The translations under genes were made by a program, and so were the position numbers. The notes below the pieces were generated by a model. It was not told where the DNA came from. It searched no databases and saw only the letters and a program-made list of their open reading frames with translations. Positions 39,949 to 49,309 of a DNA stretch of 64,000 nucleotides are shown here, piece by piece. This DNA is from an uncultured Acidobacteriota bacterium (GTDB lineage Bacteria > Acidobacteriota > Thermoanaerobaculia > Gp7-AA8): the NCBI GenBank assembly GCA_963822445.1, contig CAWGHO010000003.1:576001-640000 (forward strand), given 5' to 3'. The stretch's first letter is position 1, and every line of letters begins with the position of its first letter.

Positions 39949-42414
39949 TCAGCCGATGTAGAAGCTCGGACCATCAGGCCCGGCAACGACGGCCGGACGC
40001 GCGATCTCGTAGTAGTCGAGCGCATCGCGGATCTGCGCGGCACGCTCTTCGAGAAACGCGCGCGGCGCGCCGCACTGGGCCATGCGGTAATGATGTTCTT
40101 TCGGGAAGGTGTTCCCGCCATGCCATTGATAGAGGTAGAGGTGGCCCATCCCGCTGAGCTCCGCGATGGGGATGCGCGCCGCGAGTTGCTCGAGCAGCAC
40201 GGAGTCCTCGCCGCGCTTCGCGTAGTCGCCCTCTTCCGGGTAGCGGAACTGCGGATCGCGGAACATCATCAGCGTCCCTGGCGCGAGGCGTTGCGTGCCC
40301 TGCATCTTTCCGCCGAGGGTCCAGTCGATCCAGAGGACGCAACGCTGATCGGTGAGGTGCTGGAGATGATCGGTCATGAAGCAGGCCCGCGCGCCGCTGC
40401 GCAGCATGAGACCCGCCTGCGTCGCCAGCCGCTGCGGGTGGCTGACGTCGTCGTCGTCGTACTGGCAGATGATCTCGCCGCGCGCGGAGTCGATGGAGAG
40501 ATTGCGCAGCGCGCCCAGGGGGAGATCGTCGCGGCCGGGGATGACGAAGCGGACACCGTCGATGCGCGACTCGCGCACCAGCGATTCGACCGCGGCGCGG
40601 AATCGCGGCGTGCCGTCGGTGACGATCACCAGTTCGCGATTGGTCCAGGTCTGGTCGGCGTACGAGTGAATGGCCCGTTTCACCAGTGAGAGGCGATCGC
40701 GGGTCACCAGCAGACAACTGATCATCGGATCGGGCTCGGTGACCTCGACGCGTGCGGCCCGCTCGCGCGCCGGTCGCTCGGAGGCGATGGTAAGCACGGC
40801 GTCGGTGAAGCGCGTGTTCGCGAATCCGGCCGCGGACCAGATACTCTCGCGCGTCGCCGATTCGCGTGCAAGACGCGCGCGGTAGGCCAGCAGGGATCGG
40901 CCCGTCGCCGCGAATCCGCTGTTGAACGCCTCCGCGGTCGCGTGAGGCCAGGCATTGCCGAGACGTCCGGTGGCCAGACGGAATTGTCCGTACAGCAAGG
41001 CGCAGGCTGGATCTTCGAAGGCCGCGCGGATCGTCGCGAGCGTGCTCGCGTCGGCGAAGCGATCGGACGGCGTGAGGCTGACGATCACATCCTCGGCGTC
41101 CCAGTCCGATGGGACGTCGTGACGGACGCTGAATCGCGGGTCATCGAGCGGCAGCCGCGAGCTCTGATCGCTGTGCGAGCCTTCGTCGATGAAGATGGCC
41201 TCGAAGTCACGCATCTCCTGCCGCAGCAGCGAGTCCACCAGATCGTCGAGCTCGTGGCCTGGATCGCGGAACGACACGACGATCTTCATCGTCACCGGCG
41301 CGGCGACGTTCGGCGTTCGCGGCGTCAGCGCCTCGAGACTGAAGCGCCGGTTGCGGGTCACGTGATCGATGAGCTGCGGGGGCAGCGCCGGCGACGCCAG
41401 CAACCGGTTGTTGACCGCGATCGCTTCGGCATGCCGCCCCGTGTAGAAGCAGGACACCCCGTACTCGACGGGAAGATGGATGTCGTACACGGCGCGCTCG
41501 ACGAAGAGCCGGTCGTGCGCCGGAAGAGGAATGCGCATGGCCGCGTCGAAGAAAAGGTACGAGGTCGCGAACTCTTTCTTGCGCTGGTAGTACGAGCCGA
41601 TGCGGAAAAGAGGACCGGCGCGGTCCGGCCGGAACTGATGCGCGGCGAGGTAGTGCTGCATCACTTCCGGCCAGGGCGTGCCGCGCCGCTCTTCGAGCTG
41701 GGCGATCTGGTACAGCGAGTACCAGACTTCCTCCGGCCACCCGCCCATGGCCGCGCGGCGCTTGTAATGGCGGATGGCCAGCTCGTCATCGCCGCAGTCG
41801 CGATAACTCTGGGCGAGATAGAAGACGTAACGGGCATTGTCGGGATTTTCGAGAAGCGCACGCTCGAGGACCAGGGCGTCGCGGCGATACGTCTGCGGAT
41901 CACGCGCACGAGCGCCATCCCGATGAGGGACGGTCACCAACCCATCGAGATACTCCTCGGTCTTCGCGTCGTCGCAGCGCAGGTACTCGTGCAGCACCCC
42001 TTCGTACCGCCACGGCAGCGCGTTGCGGACGAGCATCTTCCGCTGATACGAACATCCGCCGTAGAGCACGCGGCCGTTGTAGGAATCGGCGGTGAGCTCG
42101 GGCAGCACGAACCCGGGGTCGAGCTGCAGGATCTCGTCGGCGTCGATGATGACCACGTAATCTGCGCGGCCGCGCGCGAACTGCAGCGACTCGCTGCGGT
42201 TGTGGGCGAAGTCGACCCACGGCCGCTCGATCACTTCTCCCGGCAACGCGGCGAGATGTTCGCGGATGACCGCCTGCGTGCCGTCGATGGAGCCGGTGTC
42301 GACGATGACCCAGGTGTCGATGAGCGGACGGACGGAGTCGAGGCAGCGGCGGATGACCGGCGCCTCGTTCTTGACGATCATCGCCAGGCAGATCGTTTGT
42401 CCGTGGCGGTTCAT
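39949..42414 (-). CDS. Multidomain glycosyltransferase: GT2, TPR, degenerate GT2, GT2
   Basis: ICLAMIVKNE, DTGSIDGT, DFAHNR, DADE, GVLHEY; TPR-like FYLAQSYRD; C-terminal ISCLLVTRDR...YDDDD..HPQRL...GEDS. Confidence 0.9.
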   Translation of the reverse strand: MNRHGQTICLAMIVKNEAPVIRRCLDSVRPLIDTWVIVDTGSIDGTQAVIREHLAALPGEVIERPWVDFAHNRSESLQFARGRADYVVIIDADEILQLDPGFVLPELTADSYNGRVLYGGCSYQRKMLVRNALPWRYEGVLHEYLRCDDAKTEEYLDGLVTVPHRDGARARDPQTYRRDALVLERALLENPDNARYVFYLAQSYRDCGDDELAIRHYKRRAAMGGWPEEVWYSLYQIAQLEERRGTPWPEVMQHYLAAHQFRPDRAGPLFRIGSYYQRKKEFATSYLFFDAAMRIPLPAHDRLFVERAVYDIHLPVEYGVSCFYTGRHAEAIAVNNRLLASPALPPQLIDHVTRNRRFSLEALTPRTPNVAAPVTMKIVVSFRDPGHELDDLVDSLLRQEMRDFEAIFIDEGSHSDQSSRLPLDDPRFSVRHDVPSDWDAEDVIVSLTPSDRFADASTLATIRAAFEDPACALLYGQFRLATGRLGNAWPHATAEAFNSGFAATGRSLLAYRARLARESATRESIWSAAGFANTRFTDAVLTIASERPARERAARVEVTEPDPMISCLLVTRDRLSLVKRAIHSYADQTWTNRELVIVTDGTPRFRAAVESLVRESRIDGVRFVIPGRDDLPLGALRNLSIDSARGEIICQYDDDDVSHPQRLATQAGLMLRSGARACFMTDHLQHLTDQRCVLWIDWTLGGKMQGTQRLAPGTLMMFRDPQFRYPEEGDYAKRGEDSVLLEQLAARIPIAELSGMGHLYLYQWHGGNTFPKEHHYRMAQCGAPRAFLEERAAQIRDALDYYEIARPAVVAGPDGPSFYIG

Positions 42415-43535
42415 ACGTCGCCCATGACCTCGAGAAGTTGCCGGGCGACACGCGGCCATGCGTACTCGCTCGCGAGGCGTGCGCCGGGCGCGTGTCCGGT
42501 CACGGTGTCATCGCCGTCGACGATGCGGCGGATCACATCCGCGGCCGCGTCTTCATCGGGATTCCACCAGGAAAGGCCGTCGAAGAAGACGCGGTCTTCG
42601 ATGCCGAGCTCTCCTTCGAACGTCGCCGGTGCGAGCGGCGCGGGGATGAACGCGGCCTCGTCCTCGCAAAGGTATTCGACATACGCGGTGTGCCGCGGCG
42701 CGACGAGCTTCAGTCCGGAGACGGCGGCTTCCATCATCACGAGATCCCAACCTTCGCCGTGGGACATGGAGATGTAGTGCGTGGCGGTGCGGTAGATGGA
42801 GCGGATCTGCTCGTCGGTGCACATGCCGCTCAGGAACAGCACCGGCGCGGCCTCGGCGAGACTCCGTCCTTCGCGCTGCTGCATGGTCAGGAGGTCGGCG
42901 TGGAATTGCTGCAGGACCCGCGGCTGAAACGCGGAGCCTTTGATGATCAGGATGGCGTCGTCATCGCGGCGCGTCGCGCGCATCCAGGCGCGAAGGAGGC
43001 CGAGGTGGTTTTTTCGGGGGCGGAGCTCGGCCATGTTCAGGAAGCGCGTGCGGAAGGACGTGACCGCGCGGCCGTCGGGCAGCGCTAACGACAGCGGCTC
43101 GGCGGGCTCGAGGAAGTAATCGCTCTTCACGCCGAGAGGGGAGATGCGCACCGCGGCCTCCGGGACGCCACTCGCGACCCACGCGTCGCGCGCGGCGCTC
43201 GTCGGAACGATGGTGCAGTCCTGGGTGCGCGCGACGGGAACCCAGGCGGGCGGAATGCGATCGGCTTCGAACATCGTGTAGTTGATGTTGCGCACGCCGG
43301 GGCGCGGCTGCGGGCACATCGTGAAGTGCAGCACGGTGTCGGCTTCGATGGGTGCGGTGAGGCTCTCGAACCAGCTCTCCCGCTGTTCCGCGGGGAGCTC
43401 GATCGACCAGCCGGTGAGGGGGATGAGTTGCACGGCGACGCCGGCGTTCGCGAATCCGCGCACGAACTCCCGCGTATGCCGGTCATACCCGCTCGTTCCT
43501 CGGAACGGCCCGACAACCTGCAGTCGCTCGAGCAT
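42411..43535 (-). CDS. GT4 (GT-B) glycosyltransferase
   Basis: SGY..HTR, YTMFEADRIP, PRKN, SHGEGWDLVMMEA (EX7E); ATGA coupling to the GT2 gene. Confidence 0.9.
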   Translation of the reverse strand: MLERLQVVGPFRGTSGYDRHTREFVRGFANAGVAVQLIPLTGWSIELPAEQRESWFESLTAPIEADTVLHFTMCPQPRPGVRNINYTMFEADRIPPAWVPVARTQDCTIVPTSAARDAWVASGVPEAAVRISPLGVKSDYFLEPAEPLSLALPDGRAVTSFRTRFLNMAELRPRKNHLGLLRAWMRATRRDDDAILIIKGSAFQPRVLQQFHADLLTMQQREGRSLAEAAPVLFLSGMCTDEQIRSIYRTATHYISMSHGEGWDLVMMEAAVSGLKLVAPRHTAYVEYLCEDEAAFIPAPLAPATFEGELGIEDRVFFDGLSWWNPDEDAAADVIRRIVDGDDTVTGHAPGARLASEYAWPRVARQLLEVMGDV

Positions 43536-43566
43536 GGATCTGGATGGTCCCCGGTGAGGAGTGTAT

Positions 43567-43587
43567 GGAAGGGGATATTTCCCTACC
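43567..43587 (-). promoter_or_regulatory. Shared upstream motif GGTAGGGAAATATCCCCTTCC, 52 nt before the GT4 start
   Basis: Imperfect palindrome similar to the lodA box. Confidence 0.5.
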
Positions 43588-43628
43588 CGAAGCTGTACCG
43601 CGGCACGTTTTTCGCGATTCAGAAAGGG

Positions 43629-44234
43629 ATGAATCACTGCGCGTACTGCGCTGCACCACTGCCGGCGGGCGCGGAGTTCTGCCCGCGATGCGGGAAGAAC
43701 CTCACCGTGCCGGTTGCGACCGCTCCTCCTCCCGTTCCACCCGCCCGGCGTGCGCCCTGGTGGATCGTGCCGCTGGTGATCGTGGGCCTCGTCCTCATCG
43801 CCTTTCTCGTCCTGATGGGACTGCCATTCGGCGGCCGCGAGCCCGAACGTCGCGCCAGCGCGCCCGTGGAGACGGAGACGATCGCCGAAGCGGAGCCGGT
43901 TCCTGCGGCTGCGCGGGTGCAGACCGGAACACTTGTGGAGGTAGGGGAGGAGCGAGCCACGGAGCCCACGCCGGCCCCCGTTCAACCTCCGCCGGCCGAG
44001 GAGATCGGCGTCTCCGAAGCCATCTCGACTCTGCGCGGCTTCGTCACCTCGCGCGATTACTACGGAGTGGGTGCGGACTGCATCGGCGTCTCGAGTCTCG
44101 GCTACCAGAACGCCGGTTACACGCTCGAGGTCCGCGACTCCTGCGGCTCCCGAACGCTGGGTCGATGGCGCGTGGATTCGAAGACGCGGGAGCTCTTCCG
44201 GCAGCTGGAAGACGGCCGGTATCTGCGACCGTGA
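43629..44234 (+). CDS. Zinc-ribbon membrane protein
   Basis: MNHCAYC...FCPRCG, one TM helix, small C-terminal domain. Confidence 0.8.
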   Translation: MNHCAYCAAPLPAGAEFCPRCGKNLTVPVATAPPPVPPARRAPWWIVPLVIVGLVLIAFLVLMGLPFGGREPERRASAPVETETIAEAEPVPAAARVQTGTLVEVGEERATEPTPAPVQPPPAEEIGVSEAISTLRGFVTSRDYYGVGADCIGVSSLGYQNAGYTLEVRDSCGSRTLGRWRVDSKTRELFRQLEDGRYLRP

Positions 44235-44267
44235 ATCGGGCAATAAGTGGCGGGGGAGGAGCGTTGG

Positions 44268-44296
44268 TTGACAGGCTGGTGCCCCATCCGTATGGT
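44268..44296 (+). promoter_or_regulatory. Sigma-70 promoter of the tRNA pair
   Basis: TTGACA-N17-TATGGT followed by a GC-rich discriminator. Confidence 0.8.
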
Positions 44297-44343
44297 GCAC
44301 CCTCGCGCCGGGCCGCCAGCCCGCCGCAGTTCGTTGAAGTAGC

Positions 44344-44418
44344 GGGCCCGTAGCTCAGTGGTAGAGCACCTGGCTTTTAACCAGAGGGTCGTAGGTTCGA
44401 TCCCTACCGGGCTCACCA
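44344..44418 (+). tRNA. tRNA-Lys(TTT)
   Basis: GGGCCCG acceptor stem, TAGCTCAGTGGTAGAGC D-arm, CTTTTAA anticodon loop, GGTTCGATCC T-arm, encoded CCA. Confidence 0.96.
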
Positions 44419-44443
44419 GGTTTGCCGCCGCTGACCGCGGCGG

Positions 44444-44528
44444 AATCGAAAATTGAAAATGCAGAATTGAAAACGGCGGGGTCTGGCCCGGCTCATTTTC
44501 AATTTTCAATTTCCCAATTTTCAATTTC
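44444..44528. repeat. Inverted array of AT-rich heptamer repeats (AAATTGA-like / TCAATTT-like) in the tRNA spacer
   Basis: Read directly; the arms flank a GC-rich core. Confidence 0.8.
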
Positions 44529-44542
44529 GGCAACGCCGATCA

Positions 44543-44618
44543 GTCCCCATCGTCTAGAGGCCTAGGACATCGCCCTTTCACGGCGACAACACGGGTTCGA
44601 ATCCCGTTGGGGACGCCA
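44543..44618 (+). tRNA. tRNA-Glu(TTC)
   Basis: GTCCCCA acceptor stem, TCGCC-CTTTCAC-GGCGA anticodon arm, GGTTCGAATCC T-arm, encoded CCA. Confidence 0.97.
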
Positions 44619-44623
44619 ATTCG

Positions 44624-47600
44624 CTACCTCGCGATCTCCACCTCCTTGGCAGCGGGGGTCGATCTCAGCACGACGAACCGCTGCGCCGCATCTTCCACGG
44701 CGTTGAGTGAACCGCCGCTCTCTTCCACGGCATAAGTTTCGGCGAGGATCCCTTCCTCCGCGCGGACGAACAGTCGCGTGCGTGACGCCGGCGTGCCGGT
44801 GAATCGTTGAAGAGAGTTGAGGATCGCCGCGCGCTGGGAGGCGTTCAGGGCGAGCTCCGGACCGTGCGAGTAGAACGTCGAAACGTGAATCGACAGCGTA
44901 TTCGTGGCCGGAACGAAAAAGTGGAATCGGTACCAGACGACATTCCTCGCGTCATTGTTGTCACGTCCCCACGGCGAGGCGATGGACAGGACGCCGGCAT
45001 CGGCCGACCAGCGTAGATCGTCGGGGTAGAACTGCAGCCAGTCCGTCTCCGCCGGTTCACTCGCCGCGGTATGGGCGAGCGCAGGGAATCGCTTGTCGTC
45101 ATATCCGTGCAGGTGAAGCTTGAAGAAAGGATTGCCCAGCTCCCCGGATGCCGCTTTGATCAACGGTCCCTGCGGCACGCGGCTGCTGGCGATGAAGACG
45201 CGGCCGCGGCGGTTTTCAGGTGCGGGCGTGCAGTCGCTTGGCGGTGCAACGATTCCGTCTCGACCAGCGCGTTGCGCCTGCAGTTGGTTCCAGTCCCTCA
45301 CCGGCGTGACGGCGACACGCACCGCCGGGAAGAGCTCGCCCCACTGCGCGGGCTCGTATGGCGCGCGCGAGCCGGCAACAATGACGTTCGGCTCGATGGC
45401 CAGCATCGGATCGTCGGCCGCTCGAGCGAAAAACAGCGTGACGTGATCGGTGTCGCGGCGTACGTTCTCATCCGAGAAGTAAATCGCCACGCTTCGATTC
45501 GTCTCCGCTGACTCCTGTTTCGCGAGCATCGGCAGGAAGTGCGCACTCTCAGGACGTGCGGCGATCCGCGAGTCCGGCACGCTCACCTTGAACGTCCACC
45601 AGGTCTGCTCGCGGAACGTCTGGCAGTCTTCGGGCACGGCGACGATCGTGTATTCGAATTCGTGGCGGTCGCGGTCGGTAATCGCGTCGACCCACGTGAA
45701 CTCCACGTGATCGAGATCGATGGTTTCGAGCACATCGTGTCCCGGGCGAGTGATCACAGCCAGCGGACGATTGCTTCCGGTACCGTCGACGCCCGGCCGG
45801 GTGTCGCGCCGGAAGAGCTTGAATTCGCGAACGGCCGAAAGCTCCAGCGGCCGGTCGATTCCGCTTCCTTCGAGAGGCACACGCCATCCGAGGCGTATCG
45901 TCCAGACGATGTCGGCATCGACCCATGGAAGCTTTCGCCGGACGGTCTCACCGATTGCGGTCACGGTGGCCGTCGCGGCGCTGCCACCGTTTGCGGGCGG
46001 CGCGATCGTGATGGCCGGCGCTTCTTCGTAGTCCCGGCCTCCATCCTCGATGGTGATGGCTGTAATCGCGCCGTTTTCGATCACAGCGTTCGCACGCGCG
46101 CCGGACCCTGGACGATTGTTGCCGGCGGTCAACGTGATCCCCGGTTCCTCGTCATTCGCGTAGCCGCTGCCGCCGCTCTCGACGCGAATTGCCGTGACGC
46201 CCGCCGCGCCGAACTCGCCGAATCTCACGACAGTCGACAACGCATCTCCCGCGGAGGGCAGCGGAATGGCCGTGTCGTAGGTCGCTGTGACCGGGAACGT
46301 GAAGACAGGCAGAACGAGCGAGTGCGCGCCGCGCTCGACGAGCTGCGGCTCGAGACAGAACGCCAGCTGGTTCGGATGCCGGTTGGAGTCATCGACCGAC
46401 GCGCCGAGCTGCTGTCCTACGAACCGGCGATAGATGTCGCGGTTCGTCCGGCAGGCGGCGGTTGCGGGCTGGGCAGCGCAGTCGCGATCGAAGAAGATCT
46501 TCCGCCACCGCACCGCCTCGGCATGCGCAGGAGTCACGCCCTTCACCGTGCAATCGTTCTGTGGAGGGGGAGGCGGCAGGGGCATCACCAGGTCGCGTTC
46601 TTTCTCCAGATCGAAGATCGCCGAATACGCCGCGTCGATGAACACCGACTGCGTGAGGAGAGCGTTGCCCGTACCCGCTTCGAACGTCAGTCCGCCGCTT
46701 CGAATGGTTCCGCCGATCGGGCGGCGTTCGCCATTGCCGGCGAAGACGTGGCGCGTCCACTTCAGGCGTCCTTCATCACCCGGATAGTGCCGCGGTGTAT
46801 CGTCCGCCCACGTGGCCGCGACCTCCGCATTGCAGTGAAATCCCGCGAGCACGCGCGGCTTCGCCAGCTCGGTCGCCTGTGAAGGAAGGGTGTTGTCGTC
46901 CAGCGAAACGACGAACCGGTCGTCGAAGCGGCCCGTTTCGATCAGGTCTTCACCCATGGTCACCAGCCTGGAGAATGACGCCCGGCTCACGTCATCGCGC
47001 CGGCGGGTCTCGCGACCGATCACGATGAAGCGGTCCTGGTCGCGCGTGAGCGAGAAGGGGAGCCATGCCCGGGTCGTCACTTGAACCGCGCCGCAGTGCG
47101 GGTCGGCCGCGCTGAGGTGTGCGGCGGGCTTCAGTGTTTCGGCATCCGGCATGCGGGCCTGACGGCGCCGCCAGTTTTCGCGCGACCGCGCGACGAACCG
47201 CGCGCACGCGCCTTCAAGGTCGGCGCAGTCGACCGTTTGCTCGTCGCGCGTGAGACCGCGGGCGTGCAGCGCAACCCGCCAGTGCGCGAGGGGGAGAGCG
47301 GTCTCGATCTCGATTCGGGCGTTGCGCGAAGTCGCCAGCAGCGCCGTGTCCGGAGTGACCTCGCCGTCCTGCGGTTTCACGGGGCGGCACTGGTCGTCCA
47401 TCGGCTGGAGATCGATGTAGTGCGGCCAGGCGGCGGGAGCATCCATCGGAACGCCGCGCTTGAACTCGACGGAAGCGCACGCGCCCTCACCCTCGTCTAT
47501 GAGCGCGCCGGGACCGGTCCCGGTGATGCCCACGCCGCGCACGCGAAACTCGTACGCCCGCCCGTAACGCGGATAGATCGACGTCGTTCCGATCTCGCGA

Positions 47601-49309
47601 AGGGAGATCAGCGAACCGTTGAAGCTCGGCGGTGCGAGTGCTTCGCCGAGCCGGTCGAAGGCCGCGGCCACGACGGTGCTGCCGCCTGCCCATTCGACGA
47701 AATCGGCCGGCATCGTCAGCACCGTTGGCTTTTCTTTCTTGTCCGCGGAGTGATTCTGGATGGGCTGCACGACGTAGCTTTCGCGAGGACGACGGGTGCG
47801 GAGCACGGCCTCTCCGCGCTCGTCGAAAAGTTCCCGCTCGACCGTGCAGAGCGATTTCCACTCCTCGCTCCCGGCCTCGCGGGCATCGATGCGGTATCCC
47901 TTGAATCCCGTGAAGTAGGGCGTTTCCGCCTGCGTTCCATTGACGATGGCTGAAGTGAGGGCCCGTTCCCAGGTGATGCCGACGGTGTCGTGGGGCGGGG
48001 CGTTGCGGCGCACGCTCTCCGCGGCGTCGGCGAGCTCGCGCTCCTTGTCCTTGATGAAGATGTACTCGCTCGCCTTGCCGGCCGGTTCGTGCGCCTGCGT
48101 ATGCACCGCGAACGCAAGGTCCGTGTCGGCGGTCGCGAGATGGTGGATCGGCGGGAGCGTTTGGCCGGTGGCTGCCATCCGGCGCAGTCTGCTCACCGCT
48201 TCGGCGGGGTTCCCACCAGTGTCCTGTGGATCATCGAGAAGCAAGGCCGGGGCGATCTGGCGAACGGTGACGTGTTCTGCGAAGTAGGTCGGAAGCTCGT
48301 CGCGCCGCAGCACGGTCACCACGCGCGGGCCGGTGTTCTTTGCGCGAGTCGGAACCGGCTCGAAGCCGGGCATCGCCGTGTCGCCGATGAACGGCCGTAC
48401 CCAGATGTCCAGATCGTCCCATGCGTCGGCGCCGTTCGGCAGCGAGAACCAGCGCAGGACGTGAAACATCGCGCCGACCACGGGTTCGTCGCGTGAGACG
48501 CGGCGGATGTCGGCACGCTGGTTTCGCTTCACCGACGTAGGATCGGTAGCGGTCATCGCGGCGATGAGATTCGGTTGCTGCTCGGTGCGAACACGCGAAT
48601 AAATCTGATCGCGCCGCAGCGCTTCGGCGTAGATGAGCTGTTCGGTGAGAGCGCGGTTGCGGATTGCTCCTTCGAGCGACAGAAGGGCCCGAGTGCCACC
48701 GGCGCCCGCCGCCGCTTCGACGGCTGACTGGAACGTTTCCGGACTGCGGACGACCGAATCCACACTGAAGGATTCCCGATCCTCATTGGATTTATCGGGA
48801 GGGGCCTGGTTCGCAGCCTCGACGACTGACGTCAGCGCCGAGAGCAGCTCGTTCGATGACTGGCTGAACATCCCCACGTTCGTTCCCGGAACGGGCTCGC
48901 GGGTCCAGCGGTCGAGATCGGCCAGGAAATTCGCCGAGCCGGCAAAGAGCGGCTTCCGGTCGGTGAATTCCGTCATGCTCAGCGCGCTCATCGCACCTGC
49001 GACAGCGAGGGAACCGCTGATCGTCTGAACCGTGCGCGACACGTAGTCCGGTGCGAGGCGAGCGGTTTCATTCACGCCGATCGCCACGAGCTGTTCGCTC
49101 ACTTCGTCGATGACGAGCGGGGCGAGAACAATCGGATACTCGGCAGGTGGAGCGGGCGTATTCGTCGCCGGGGTGTGCGCCAGTCTCCAGGTCGCGCCCT
49201 TGAACGGATCGTCAGCATGCCAGTCGTCGGTCCAATCGATCAGCACTTCCATTCGCCCGGGCTTGAAGAACTGGTTGATGAACGCGATGACCTTCACGTT
49301 CTCGCTCAT
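44624..49309 (-). CDS. Giant uncharacterised protein B (1561 aa), beta-rich, no signal peptide
   Basis: GGAGG RBS and ATGA overlap with protein A; motifs GYRID, WKSLC, PRYGRAYEFRVRGV; FN3-like segments; a GSGY-type repeat insert. Confidence 0.85.
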   Translation of the reverse strand: MSENVKVIAFINQFFKPGRMEVLIDWTDDWHADDPFKGATWRLAHTPATNTPAPPAEYPIVLAPLVIDEVSEQLVAIGVNETARLAPDYVSRTVQTISGSLAVAGAMSALSMTEFTDRKPLFAGSANFLADLDRWTREPVPGTNVGMFSQSSNELLSALTSVVEAANQAPPDKSNEDRESFSVDSVVRSPETFQSAVEAAAGAGGTRALLSLEGAIRNRALTEQLIYAEALRRDQIYSRVRTEQQPNLIAAMTATDPTSVKRNQRADIRRVSRDEPVVGAMFHVLRWFSLPNGADAWDDLDIWVRPFIGDTAMPGFEPVPTRAKNTGPRVVTVLRRDELPTYFAEHVTVRQIAPALLLDDPQDTGGNPAEAVSRLRRMAATGQTLPPIHHLATADTDLAFAVHTQAHEPAGKASEYIFIKDKERELADAAESVRRNAPPHDTVGITWERALTSAIVNGTQAETPYFTGFKGYRIDAREAGSEEWKSLCTVERELFDERGEAVLRTRRPRESYVVQPIQNHSADKKEKPTVLTMPADFVEWAGGSTVVAAAFDRLGEALAPPSFNGSLISLREIGTTSIYPRYGRAYEFRVRGVGITGTGPGALIDEGEGACASVEFKRGVPMDAPAAWPHYIDLQPMDDQCRPVKPQDGEVTPDTALLATSRNARIEIETALPLAHWRVALHARGLTRDEQTVDCADLEGACARFVARSRENWRRRQARMPDAETLKPAAHLSAADPHCGAVQVTTRAWLPFSLTRDQDRFIVIGRETRRRDDVSRASFSRLVTMGEDLIETGRFDDRFVVSLDDNTLPSQATELAKPRVLAGFHCNAEVAATWADDTPRHYPGDEGRLKWTRHVFAGNGERRPIGGTIRSGGLTFEAGTGNALLTQSVFIDAAYSAIFDLEKERDLVMPLPPPPPQNDCTVKGVTPAHAEAVRWRKIFFDRDCAAQPATAACRTNRDIYRRFVGQQLGASVDDSNRHPNQLAFCLEPQLVERGAHSLVLPVFTFPVTATYDTAIPLPSAGDALSTVVRFGEFGAAGVTAIRVESGGSGYANDEEPGITLTAGNNRPGSGARANAVIENGAITAITIEDGGRDYEEAPAITIAPPANGGSAATATVTAIGETVRRKLPWVDADIVWTIRLGWRVPLEGSGIDRPLELSAVREFKLFRRDTRPGVDGTGSNRPLAVITRPGHDVLETIDLDHVEFTWVDAITDRDRHEFEYTIVAVPEDCQTFREQTWWTFKVSVPDSRIAARPESAHFLPMLAKQESAETNRSVAIYFSDENVRRDTDHVTLFFARAADDPMLAIEPNVIVAGSRAPYEPAQWGELFPAVRVAVTPVRDWNQLQAQRAGRDGIVAPPSDCTPAPENRRGRVFIASSRVPQGPLIKAASGELGNPFFKLHLHGYDDKRFPALAHTAASEPAETDWLQFYPDDLRWSADAGVLSIASPWGRDNNDARNVVWYRFHFFVPATNTLSIHVSTFYSHGPELALNASQRAAILNSLQRFTGTPASRTRLFVRAEEGILAETYAVEESGGSLNAVEDAAQRFVVLRSTPAAKEVEIAR

